A program made the position numbers and the translations under genes. Of a stretch of DNA of 64,000 nucleotides, positions 1 to 8,674 are shown piece by piece; position 1 is the stretch's first letter; every line of letters begins with the position of its first letter. The notes beneath the pieces are model-generated. The model had not been told where the DNA came from. It saw only the letters and a program-made list of their open reading frames with translations, and ran no database searches. Location: the IMG/VR virus record IMGVR_UViG_3300047472_000309, positions 62,001 through 126,000 of that record. One strand, 5' to 3'.

Positions 1-439
1 GGACATGTCCACGGTGCTCGCGATGCCGATCAGTCAGGGCTTCTCCTCCAATGCCATGGCAGCAGGCAGTGAGATTGGCGCCGTCGCAGGTGGGGTGGTG
101 GGTGCAGGCGGGGGTCCGCTGACGGCGATCGGGGGTGCAGCACTCGGCGGGGCAGTCGGCGGCGCACTCGGTGCGGGTGCCGATGCCTTGAACAATGCCG
201 CGCAAACCATCGGCTCGATGTTCGACGATGACAATACCTTCACGGATTACATGGCGGTGTTGTCAGGCATGGGTCTTACGGACCAGATCTACTCGATGAA
301 CAAGTTCAAGCTTAACTTGACTCGCGCCATGACGAGCTGGAAGACCTGGTATAGCACGGCGCATTTTGCCAGCTTTGCCGGAGATACCTTGCCGGGCAGT
401 TTAGTTTCCGCGATCTTTGGTCGCACCGTCCGTAACTAA
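1..439 (+). CDS. C-terminal part of a probable virion structural protein (5' end outside window)
   Basis: Frame is open from the window edge; Gly/Ala-rich stretch followed by FDDDNTFTDYMAVL; ends just before a hairpin element. Confidence 0.6.
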   Translation, partial: DMSTVLAMPISQGFSSNAMAAGSEIGAVAGGVVGAGGGPLTAIGGAALGGAVGGALGAGADALNNAAQTIGSMFDDDNTFTDYMAVLSGMGLTDQIYSMNKFKLNLTRAMTSWKTWYSTAHFASFAGDTLPGSLVSAIFGRTVRN

Positions 440-443
440 TCGA

Positions 444-481
444 CGGCATAGAGGCCAGGGGAAACCCTGGCCCTTATGACG
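444..481. terminator. Bidirectional CGGCATA-hairpin-TATGACG element
   Basis: cggcata ga ggccaggg gaaa ccctggcc ct tatgacg, between convergent genes. Confidence 0.75.
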
Positions 482-500
482 TTGAAATAGACGATGAAGC

Positions 501-2027
501 TTAGTCGAACGTAATGCTCTTAGCCACGTAGCCTTGGCCGGTATCCTTGTTCGTGTAGACCCCACCAATCTGCCAGTGACCGTCGGGCCAGATGTAGTAG
601 CCGTTCTGGTTCTTGACACCCGGATCGCTCAGGTCATAAGCCTGACCGGTATCCGGATTGATCGTCTTCGGGTCCGGAGCCGGGTTGACCGTTTGTCCCG
701 TATTGGGCGAAACATTCGAGTAGCCGGTCGGCACTGTGATCGGTTGAGCCCCCGAAGCCAGTGCCAAGGGGTCTTGTGTGGAGGCCGACTGACTGTTGCC
801 CTCAAACACCGTCATCGGAAACTGCGAGGCCAGTTTGTCCGCCACGGTGGATTGCTGCACCACCCCTGCCAAAGCCATCACGTTGTTGGTGCGATCCGTG
901 GTGCTCGTCACGCCCTGCTGAATCACCTTCTTAAAATCATCCGAGCCATTGGTGATCGCATTCAGATTAAATGCCGGATCGTTTTGTGTCACGTCATTAC
1001 CGTCGGCATCGGTAATGGTGGTTTCCCGATTCAGCGTGGCCCAGTCTGGATCAACGCTACTGTACGCACTGGTCAGATTGCTAAAACAGTCCGCATAATC
1101 CACCTGGTTCGTATTGGACGAGGGTGGCGGCAAATAGTACGACGAACTGAAGTCCGCCAGGATGTTCGGGTTATAGGCGTAGGCGCCACGCGCCCCCAGG
1201 CTCGCACCAATTGACATTAGGCTGTGCACATCACCACTGGCAATCACTGAAGGCAATACCCTGGCCGTAATCTGCGCGAGCATGCCGCGATCCGTAATGG
1301 CTGCTGTGAGCGAGCCGAACGAATTCGGAATCCCGTAGCCGCACGAGGTTTGAATCAGGCCCGCATACAGACCGACCTTCACCCCAACGTCGTTGATATT
1401 GAAGTTCGCACTGATACCCAGCGAGTTAATACATTCCCCGAGCGCCTGCATGCCGCCCGCGTACGCCTGGTCCACTTGCTGCATCACCCCGCCTAGCTCA
1501 GCGTAGATCTGACTACCTACCTGACCCACGGCCTGGCCTACTGCGCCCTCGGCTGCACCAATTCCGGCATTGATGGAACTGGCGATATTGTCTAGTCCTG
1601 CTAGACCGAGCGCATTGAGCGCCCCTTTGGTGACGAGCGACGCCCCGAGGATGCGCGCCATGATGTCACCCTTTTGCAGCATGGTGACACCGCGCTGAAT
1701 CTGACCCGCTACGCGCAAGCCAGCGCGCAAGCCTGCCATCACCGCCCCGGCTTCCTGGGCGATAAACTTCCCCCCGCGCAAGACGTCGGAGATGGAGAAG
1801 TCAAACTTCTGAAACAGATTCTGGACGTCCGTGATGATGGCATTGCCACCAGGGGGATTGTAGACGTCCGCGGTAGCCAGCGCGTTATCCGCTGAGCCGA
1901 CCCAGGCATTTTGCGCCAGCGCGGCTTGCTGCGCAGACATTGCACCATTGACACCCGTCAGTGCCGTGCTGGTGCTCGCGGCCACAGCGTTAGTAGCGCT
2001 CTGAACCGCATCGGTAATAGACGGCAT
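501..2027 (-). CDS. Probable virion structural protein, 508 aa
   Basis: Long ORF with A/S/T/N/G-rich structural composition; GAGG RBS upstream. Confidence 0.65.
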   Translation of the reverse strand: MPSITDAVQSATNAVAASTSTALTGVNGAMSAQQAALAQNAWVGSADNALATADVYNPPGGNAIITDVQNLFQKFDFSISDVLRGGKFIAQEAGAVMAGLRAGLRVAGQIQRGVTMLQKGDIMARILGASLVTKGALNALGLAGLDNIASSINAGIGAAEGAVGQAVGQVGSQIYAELGGVMQQVDQAYAGGMQALGECINSLGISANFNINDVGVKVGLYAGLIQTSCGYGIPNSFGSLTAAITDRGMLAQITARVLPSVIASGDVHSLMSIGASLGARGAYAYNPNILADFSSSYYLPPPSSNTNQVDYADCFSNLTSAYSSVDPDWATLNRETTITDADGNDVTQNDPAFNLNAITNGSDDFKKVIQQGVTSTTDRTNNVMALAGVVQQSTVADKLASQFPMTVFEGNSQSASTQDPLALASGAQPITVPTGYSNVSPNTGQTVNPAPDPKTINPDTGQAYDLSDPGVKNQNGYYIWPDGHWQIGGVYTNKDTGQGYVAKSITFD

Positions 2028-2057
2028 GGTGGTCCTCGAAACAAAAAAAGAAGAAGG

Positions 2058-2083
2058 GGCATAGGGGAGGCCGAAGCCTCCCC
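2058..2083 (-). terminator. Hairpin (TTCG loop) + TATGCCC + U-rich tail
   Basis: Minus strand reads ggggaggc ttcg gcctcccc tatgcccc ttcttctttttt. Confidence 0.75.
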
Positions 2084-2105
2084 GAGCGATACAACGCGAA
2101 CTGCG

Positions 2106-2819
2106 TTAGTGCCCGTTCCGTTCCGGATTGGGATTGAACACGTCGCTGTAGTCGGGTTTATCCGGACGACGCCCTTCCTTCATCAACGTCCGAATGCTCT
2201 CCATCCCACGGGTGAACCAGGGAGCAATCTGCGGACGAATCGGAAAACCGGGGTCGTTGGCGCTGGCTTCCTTACCACGAAAAATGTAGTAGTGATCGAA
2301 CGGCAACTCAGAAGCCACAAAGAGCGCTTTGAGGTGGTCATTCTGTTCGATCTTGAAGTAGTTCGCCTCCATAATGATCTGGTGAAAATTGGCGATCCAG
2401 CGCACACCCAAGTTGCGCGTCTCGCGCTTGGCCGTCATGCCGGAGACATAACGCCAGCGGTCATCGCGCGTTGTATCTCGCACATAGCCCCAGAATCCCT
2501 CGACTGAACGAAAGCGCCCAAACTGCGGGTGCTCGAACTTTGACGCGAACTGATGCACCAGCATGCGGCCCAATTCAGTCTGCGCAAACGCATCGATGTT
2601 GATATGCGTGTTACCGTCTTCCAGAACGAGCGGATGCACCGGCACCTGCACTTCCTCCGTTACTGCTTGCATGACATTCTCCGCGGGTTTGGCTCCCGTC
2701 CTTGTATTGTCTTGTGCGTTTGCCCCAGCGCCCGACTTCTCCTGGGACGCTTCTCGGCGGCGTTCGTCACTAATGTTCGGGAAACGCACTCTTCCCTTGC
2801 GTTCACGATCATTGAACAT
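2106..2819 (-). CDS. NADAR-like / T4 gp30.3-like protein
   Basis: HINID...TELGRML..F...F.HP.FG.F.SVEGFW resembles the phage NADAR-type N-terminal motifs (recognised by eye). Confidence 0.45.
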   Translation of the reverse strand: MFNDRERKGRVRFPNISDERRREASQEKSGAGANAQDNTRTGAKPAENVMQAVTEEVQVPVHPLVLEDGNTHINIDAFAQTELGRMLVHQFASKFEHPQFGRFRSVEGFWGYVRDTTRDDRWRYVSGMTAKRETRNLGVRWIANFHQIIMEANYFKIEQNDHLKALFVASELPFDHYYIFRGKEASANDPGFPIRPQIAPWFTRGMESIRTLMKEGRRPDKPDYSDVFNPNPERNGH

Positions 2820-2882
2820 TCCTTCTATCCTCGCGCTCGATTAGTTCAACCCGAGCTGACAGCACTCGGGAACGAAGATGGC

Positions 2883-3308
2883 TCATTCGTCTCCCTTAGG
2901 TGTGTTGTCAGTCAACGTCTGAGTAGGCACCGTGCGGTCGCCCAGATTCACATCTGTGCTAAACGCAATTTCACGCCCGTGTTTATCGCGCGCGATGATG
3001 CACACCTCGAAGTGAACAAACTGCATGAACATCATGGCCTTGCAGAACACTTTCCACGTCATCTGCGGCCGGGCGAATTCCTTCGTCAAATTCCCCCGCA
3101 TGCTGGTCTGATCCTTACGCGTATTCGGTACGCCGTTACGCGGATCGTTCAGGAACGCATGCATTAGGATGTTCCACCGGTTCTCATTGACGTTCATGGT
3201 CAGCAAGAGCTTCCGGAAGAGGCGAGAGAGCACCCCGTTCGGACCGTATGTGCCGCCTACGTCCTTGTCGGTTTTGGCGAGGATGTTCGCCATCTGATTC
3301 TTTGCCAT
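2883..3308 (-). CDS. Hypothetical protein
   Basis: ORF; ATG at 3308 preceded by GAGGT. Confidence 0.7.
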   Translation of the reverse strand: MAKNQMANILAKTDKDVGGTYGPNGVLSRLFRKLLLTMNVNENRWNILMHAFLNDPRNGVPNTRKDQTSMRGNLTKEFARPQMTWKVFCKAMMFMQFVHFEVCIIARDKHGREIAFSTDVNLGDRTVPTQTLTDNTPKGDE

Positions 3309-3358
3309 TTGTACCTCGCGTTTCAATTGTAAATCGCTATTAAGTCCTGCGCCTTGTT

Positions 3359-3919
3359 TTACTTCTTGCCCTGCTCGAGCCCCACCTCCACCAATGCGGT
3401 GCTCAGTTCCCGCAACTGCACAAAGAGCCGTGACAGCATACGAAAGTTGTGCTCGTGGATACCGTGCGTCGCGGTGTCTGATTCACGCATCAGCTCACAC
3501 AGTCGCAGGCCCGCTACCTTAAACTTCTGCACGCTTTGTGCCACGTCCAAGTAGTAGCCGCCACTTGCGATAAAGAGCCGGTCAAACTGCACCAGCACTT
3601 CATCGGGTTTCATCCAGCCAGGCGGTATTGGCGTTTCTTTCAATACCATCGCCGAGGTATCCAGCAGACGTTTGGTGAACGCTTCCAGATTAGCGATGTC
3701 TTCACCGAGCTTCACCTGCTTGGCATAGTACGGTTGATAGCCAATGTACTTGTCCGGCTCCAGCAGGGTCAAAATTTCTTCGCAGCTCTGGCGATGCGGC
3801 TTCTTCTCCGGAATCTCCTTAAGCCGCCTCTTCAGTGCTTCGTACTGCGCGCGCGTGTTATGGTCACGCAGCCCCTGGCTGACCCGCATCACCCAGTTCT
3901 TCCAGCGATCAACGAACAT
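3359..3919 (-). CDS. Hypothetical protein, 186 aa
   Basis: ORF with AGAGGG RBS, downstream of a putative early promoter. Confidence 0.7.
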   Translation of the reverse strand: MFVDRWKNWVMRVSQGLRDHNTRAQYEALKRRLKEIPEKKPHRQSCEEILTLLEPDKYIGYQPYYAKQVKLGEDIANLEAFTKRLLDTSAMVLKETPIPPGWMKPDEVLVQFDRLFIASGGYYLDVAQSVQKFKVAGLRLCELMRESDTATHGIHEHNFRMLSRLFVQLRELSTALVEVGLEQGKK

Positions 3920-4031
3920 AACGCCCTCTTTGTAAATTCGCCTATTTACGGTGCCTTTTGACCGATACTATGACTCCAGCCCCCGTCAAGCATAGGGGCA
4001 TTGGATAAGGACACCTTGTTACTTATCTCCA

Positions 4032-4044
4032 ATTAGTAATATAT
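4032..4044 (-). promoter_or_regulatory. Putative early (virion RNAP) promoter, TATATTAC
   Basis: Minus strand ATATATTACTAAT contains the phiKZ early consensus TATATTAC, in an AT-rich intergenic region. Confidence 0.55.
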
Positions 4045-4069
4045 CGCTGAGTTTTTTAAGGATACGACC

Positions 4070-4516
4070 ATGTCTGCACATCAGGAAGTCGAAGTCGTGG
4101 GGCCCGCCGATGCGGATGAGGCCGTACTCGACTATACCCAAGGAATGCGGAAGCAGATTGTTGGCGTGCTCGCTAAGAATCTGGAAAACCTCGCCGACCC
4201 CAAAATCGTGGGCACCATCTCCCAAGTGCTCGACGGCATGGACCGACAGGCGCTCGGTAAGATGAAGCTGCGCGTCGAAGAAGCGCAGGTGATGAATCAA
4301 GAAGGCATGGCGGCCAACATCGCGGAGATCTTGCGCCAGATGGGCAGCGGCGGTCATAACTTCCAAGCCGCTGAACCTGTTCCAAGGGAGGTTCCGAAGC
4401 TCGGAAGCGATGTACCCGACCCCGTCCTGGTGGAAGGGGAAGTTGCCACTACGCCGATTCAGCAAGACTTCGATTCGTTCCACGCTCAGTTTGCACCGGT
4501 GGACGGTGCAGACTAA
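4070..4516 (+). CDS. Hypothetical protein, 148 aa
   Basis: ORF with AAGGA RBS, followed by a hairpin-TATGCCG element. Confidence 0.7.
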   Translation: MSAHQEVEVVGPADADEAVLDYTQGMRKQIVGVLAKNLENLADPKIVGTISQVLDGMDRQALGKMKLRVEEAQVMNQEGMAANIAEILRQMGSGGHNFQAAEPVPREVPKLGSDVPDPVLVEGEVATTPIQQDFDSFHAQFAPVDGAD

Positions 4517-4543
4517 CGGAAACCCGCTCCAAACCGTGACTGT

Positions 4544-4604
4544 GCTCCGCACCCACCTCGACCGCTCCAGAAGTGGGGTCGAGGGGTGCGGGGCGTTTAT
4601 GCCG
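4544..4604 (+). terminator. Long hairpin + TTTATGCCG element
   Basis: gctccgcacccacctcgacc...ggtcgaggggtgcggggc gtttatgccg. Confidence 0.65.
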
Positions 4605-5325
4605 GTTCGGAAGGTCGAATTATGCTGAAGTATTCGACATCGATCAAGTTCAGGCCGACGAGCGACCGTCCCAGGATCTCTACAGCTTGCAGTGGATGGG
4701 CTGCACGCTTGATGACTTGCTGCAATTCTTTGTCGCTTGGCTTATCCGCGAAGAATATCGCTGGCGCGAATATTGAGACATCTTGGATAGGCGTTGCTTG
4801 CTTCGATGTGGGTCCAAAATGCAGACTCATCCAAGGATCGTACTCGTACATCAACAAGCTCGAATACGACTGCTGTTTAACGTACAGAGGAGAAAGCTCT
4901 TGTGGGCGCATATGTACGAGCTCAACCGGTGCGAGCCCTGAAATCCAGGTCGCAATGACCTTGCCCAACTCAGCTTCTTCTTCGACGCTCAGCACGTAAG
5001 GGAACGTATTAATGACGACTTTTGCACTCTCGTGATACGGGCGTACAGTCGCCTGTTCCTTCAGATAACGCACTAGCGAATTCAGGAGGAACACCGCTTT
5101 AGTCGCGCGTGAGAACTTGAGCGTCTCTACGTCGCGCTTGGAGTACAGGTCACGGTAGACCTGCATATCCACGTCTGCGAACACGTCGCAGTCGCGTTTA
5201 TGATAACTCCCGGACAACAATACAGCTTCGGCTACATGGTCGCCCATGCGTGCCAGGGTCCCGAGCCGTGTATCGAGCAGAGCATCAAGCTCGGCGTATA
5301 CGACGGCAACCGCTGATTGATCCAT
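4597..5325 (-). CDS. Hypothetical protein, 242 aa (weak HAD-like N-terminus)
   Basis: ORF; N-terminal VYAELDALLDTR. Confidence 0.65.
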   Translation of the reverse strand: MDQSAVAVVYAELDALLDTRLGTLARMGDHVAEAVLLSGSYHKRDCDVFADVDMQVYRDLYSKRDVETLKFSRATKAVFLLNSLVRYLKEQATVRPYHESAKVVINTFPYVLSVEEEAELGKVIATWISGLAPVELVHMRPQELSPLYVKQQSYSSLLMYEYDPWMSLHFGPTSKQATPIQDVSIFAPAIFFADKPSDKELQQVIKRAAHPLQAVEILGRSLVGLNLIDVEYFSIIRPSEPA

Positions 5326-5392
5326 TCATTCCTGCCAGGCTTATTGTTATTGACCTGGCGCCCCGTTAAATATCTGACATCGCCATCGGCCC

Positions 5393-5935
5393 TCAGGCCT
5401 CCGGCATTTGGCCGTGGATCGGTTTGACGAATAGCTTAATCAGCATCGCCACGACAACCCACTTATTGGCTCTGAGGTATTTTTTTACAGTATCAGTCGG
5501 TGATAGACGCGCGCTAAGGTCTTTCGACATTAGCACGTAACCTTTGTCCTCACCGTCTTCATCTGCCGCACATCCCCAGCTCAATGTATCTACCAGACCA
5601 GTAAATTTTACTTTTCCCTCACCCCAGCGGGCAAAAAAGGTGAAAGTGAGCAGCATGATAAAATCACGGGTGAACTCGTCGACCATGAAGAGATCATCGA
5701 GATGGGCTGGCCCTTCCGGCGAGACCCAGACCCAGGGTTTCTCTTGCACCACGATGTTGTTGATAAACATCAGGAGCTTTTCCCTGAGTGCCTCATCCCG
5801 GTACTGCTCCAGCACAGTTTTAATCGCCGCCTCGAAAGCCCCGGCGACGACTTCCATGTCATCGTTGGTGAACACGTTCGGGTCGGCGACATCTTTCGGA
5901 TTGCGCCATGCACTATCTGCTTTAAAACCACTCAC
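5393..5935 (-). CDS. Hypothetical protein, 180 aa
   Basis: ORF translationally coupled to the upstream gene (4-nt overlap). Confidence 0.65.
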   Translation of the reverse strand: MSGFKADSAWRNPKDVADPNVFTNDDMEVVAGAFEAAIKTVLEQYRDEALREKLLMFINNIVVQEKPWVWVSPEGPAHLDDLFMVDEFTRDFIMLLTFTFFARWGEGKVKFTGLVDTLSWGCAADEDGEDKGYVLMSKDLSARLSPTDTVKKYLRANKWVVVAMLIKLFVKPIHGQMPEA

Positions 5936-6321
5936 TCCAACACCCCGTTATTTAGTAAAGTAGCGCAGTCTTTATAGGCTGCTAGAAATTGCTCGAGAAG
6001 GGCTCGCGCTTGCTCGCGACGTGACGTAACAATCGCGAAGAATAGGACCTTGCCTTCCGGATCGTCGTTGAAAGCTTGTTGTACAGCCGGGTTTTCATGA
6101 CGTTGACAGCGAAGTTGATACAGGTGATGGGCTTTAGCGTGTTCCAGATCGCCTGCTTCTCCGAAATACACGGCTTCATGCTCCGGAAAGTACAAGGCGT
6201 ACATGCCTACGGCTTTACGAAGCTCGGGAAATAAAGGCCCGACTGGCTGAGGCTCCCGTGAGAGGGCCTGAGCCAGTTCGAGCGTGATCCACTTGTCGAC
6301 GAAATAGGCGTCGATATTCAT
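5932..6321 (-). CDS. Stand-alone, probably degenerate GIY-YIG domain protein
   Basis: GMYALYF...VYFGE...HL..LR...HEN..VQ.AFN pattern of Seg-like GIY-YIG domains; start at 6321 or 6351. Confidence 0.6.
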   Translation of the reverse strand: MNIDAYFVDKWITLELAQALSREPQPVGPLFPELRKAVGMYALYFPEHEAVYFGEAGDLEHAKAHHLYQLRCQRHENPAVQQAFNDDPEGKVLFFAIVTSRREQARALLEQFLAAYKDCATLLNNGVLE

Positions 6322-6411
6322 TGTTGTTTCGGTGTGACGATGACGCGACACGGCTGGGAGTCGTACATCAACTTCCAGGCACGAATTTGCGCCATCACGC
6401 GTTTGTGTACT

Positions 6412-6660
6412 TCAGACATGGCCGCTCCAGACGAAGTGATCACTCCAGATAATAGCAACTATCCCGATCAGACCGATGAGGGCCAGAATCACGCAGATCC
6501 AGGCATCGATCGTCGTGAACCGAGACTCCTCGTCCCAGGGATAGTTGAGATCTGGCCGGTTGGTAAAGCCCAGACTTTCACCGGCTCGACCTTCGCGAAT
6601 AAAGCGCGCTTGGCGCTCCTTGGCAAGCCGCTCGTAGCCGATGTTAGTAAAGAGTCCCAT
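6412..6660 (-). CDS. Small membrane protein
   Basis: One C-terminal hydrophobic helix, WICVILALIGLIGIVAIIW. Confidence 0.65.
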   Translation of the reverse strand: MGLFTNIGYERLAKERQARFIREGRAGESLGFTNRPDLNYPWDEESRFTTIDAWICVILALIGLIGIVAIIWSDHFVWSGHV

Positions 6661-6668
6661 GACGATCC

Positions 6669-7370
6669 TTAATTAAGACCAGTATTGGCGAGGTGCATGC
6701 AGGTCAGAATGATGCTGAGGGTCTGCGTGGACTTCACCTGGGTGCCCAGCTTCTCGATCGACTTGAGCGACACCCCGCCAGTTTTGCTGATAGCGGAATT
6801 GAGCGCATCAAAGCCTTTCTCATCCCCGCCTCGATACTTGAGCATCTCGGTGAGGTTGGCGTCCAGATTAAGTGCGGCCATAATCTGCGTCTCTGGGTAG
6901 GAGATCTTCGATCCCTTGGACTTCCCGGTCGGCTGGCCTGTGAAATCGTCCACGGACTTAGAGTCTTCAGGAATCGAGATCTTCTTGACCAGCAGCTGCG
7001 CTTGACGGCGCAGGGGGAGATCAACCACCAGGTACGGAATCGGTGACAGATACGGTGGAATATCGTTGCCATTGTCGATCCAGATCCTTTCAAAGAAGTT
7101 ATGGCCCAGTTCATCAGCCAGCTTCAGGTTCCGTTCGATGTCTAGGCGCACCAGCTTCTTATCGCCGCCTTGCGGGTGTTCTGCGAGGTTAGGCGCAATC
7201 ACCGCGAGTCGAATCTCCTGCCGCTCAAGCTTTTCCATCCATACGGCAAACGCCGCGTCGTCCATGCTGGCGAAGAGATTGCGGTAAATGTCAGTGTTAC
7301 CTGACTCCGGGATCAACTTCTCGATCCATTCGTAGATAACCGCTTCAGCAGCTGCTCGGTTTCCTGCCAT
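6669..7370 (-). CDS. Virion RNA polymerase beta-like subunit, C-terminal piece (phiKZ gp149-like)
   Basis: DDFTGQPTGKSKGSKISYPETQIMAAL..LTEMLKYRGGD aligns with the RpoB C-terminal TQQP.GGK...GEMEVWAL..LQEML..KSDD region. Confidence 0.85.
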   Translation of the reverse strand: MAGNRAAAEAVIYEWIEKLIPESGNTDIYRNLFASMDDAAFAVWMEKLERQEIRLAVIAPNLAEHPQGGDKKLVRLDIERNLKLADELGHNFFERIWIDNGNDIPPYLSPIPYLVVDLPLRRQAQLLVKKISIPEDSKSVDDFTGQPTGKSKGSKISYPETQIMAALNLDANLTEMLKYRGGDEKGFDALNSAISKTGGVSLKSIEKLGTQVKSTQTLSIILTCMHLANTGLN

Positions 7371-7903
7371 GATGTTTTCCTAATCCGTTCAAGCCAGTCC
7401 TCGTCCGGTTCCACAAGGTTGATCGTCATCGCGAGCTGGTACTTCTTGCCCTGATCGATCATGTGTTTCGTGCCTCGTGATTCACCGTCCCAGAACGTGA
7501 TGAGATGGGTTGCCACGCGTGCCATTTGAGTGTTGCGCACATAACCTGCGCTACGCCCGAGCCCGTCCCAGTCGGCAGGAAACTCTGCCCATGGGAAGCC
7601 GTTCTCTTTGCACCAGTGGATAATCATATCATCAGCGCCCTTGCTGGCCTTGCCGGATACAAAAACGATCCTGGGTAAGTCAACCAAATCCTCTTTCATG
7701 AGCCGCAACTCCAACCAGTGGACAAAGTCCTCGTAACGGTTATAGTTGCGACCCCCGGCGACCACAATGATCGCGTCCCAGATCTCACGCGTTAACAGCT
7801 CATGCGGCACCACAAACTCTCGGCCCTTTACGATGGGCCACTCGTCGAGCAGATTTAAGCGCTCGCGTAGTGCGATTGCGGAATGCTGAATTTCATCATG
7901 CAT
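7313..7903 (-). CDS. SLOG-family (YspA/DUF2493-like) protein
   Basis: VAGGR..VSGKASKGAD..FPADW..GRSAGYVRN.QM..FWDGESRGTKHMI. Confidence 0.85.
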   Translation of the reverse strand: MHDEIQHSAIALRERLNLLDEWPIVKGREFVVPHELLTREIWDAIIVVAGGRNYNRYEDFVHWLELRLMKEDLVDLPRIVFVSGKASKGADDMIIHWCKENGFPWAEFPADWDGLGRSAGYVRNTQMARVATHLITFWDGESRGTKHMIDQGKKYQLAMTINLVEPDEDWLERIRKTSWQETEQLLKRLSTNGSRS

Positions 7904-8223
7904 GGCAGGACCATCTGTTCGAAGAGACGCATCCAGTCGTCAGCCGTGCCCTGATCGACCAGGCAGAAACGAATCTGCGTGGTATTCGCGGGCACCGCAC
8001 CGACGAGCTGACGCAGTTGGCGATTGACCAGGAAGCGATGACGGGGAAACTCGATCGTGGTGTAGGCGTCGCTATGGATGCCTTCGCCATAGGTCTGCCA
8101 GGCGCTCGGATTCGGGTGACCGGATTCGGCCAGCCGATTCGTCACGTACTCGATCAGGTTGGCTTCGAGTTGCGCGGGGGCTTCGCCGCCCACGATGTCA
8201 GTGGATTGAACTGCGGTATTCAT
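7855..8223 (-). CDS. Hypothetical protein, 122 aa
   Basis: ORF with AGGAG RBS. Confidence 0.7.
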   Translation of the reverse strand: MNTAVQSTDIVGGEAPAQLEANLIEYVTNRLAESGHPNPSAWQTYGEGIHSDAYTTIEFPRHRFLVNRQLRQLVGAVPANTTQIRFCLVDQGTADDWMRLFEQMVLPCMMKFSIPQSHYASA

Positions 8224-8233
8224 GTTGGTACTC

Positions 8234-8524
8234 CTAGCCGCGCGTCATAAGCGGGCGTGTGGGTTCTTCGGGGTAGCCGAGTGCTTTGGCTCGGCCACGA
8301 TAGACGAAACGACCGTCCTCGAACTCCGACTGACAGCGCATGCACATCCGACCGTCCTTCATCCGGTAAGCGTACGCGGGTTCACGCGTGTTCTCGAGAA
8401 CGTACTCCGTGGGCAGTCCAGCGACCACGTACAGGCCGCCCGACTTAACATGTTCCACCACGTCGTTGATCACAAACTTCACCGGCGAGACGACGGGGAT
8501 TTCTTGTTGTTCAGTGGTGCTCAT
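8234..8524 (-). CDS. DUF1653-like small protein
   Basis: HVKSGGLY.V...AY.....MCMR...EFEDGRF pattern. Confidence 0.6.
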   Translation of the reverse strand: MSTTEQQEIPVVSPVKFVINDVVEHVKSGGLYVVAGLPTEYVLENTREPAYAYRMKDGRMCMRCQSEFEDGRFVYRGRAKALGYPEEPTRPLMTRG

Positions 8525-8674
8525 GATAGCTCAGGACCTTAAAACCGTTGTAGGGTTCGACGAAATCTTTGCCACACCCCTTACAAACACGGTGGACCAA
8601 TACGAGATCGGTCCGGACCATCTTCTTCTCGGGGTGCTTGCAAAGCGTCGCTCTAATCAAACGACGCAGGTACT

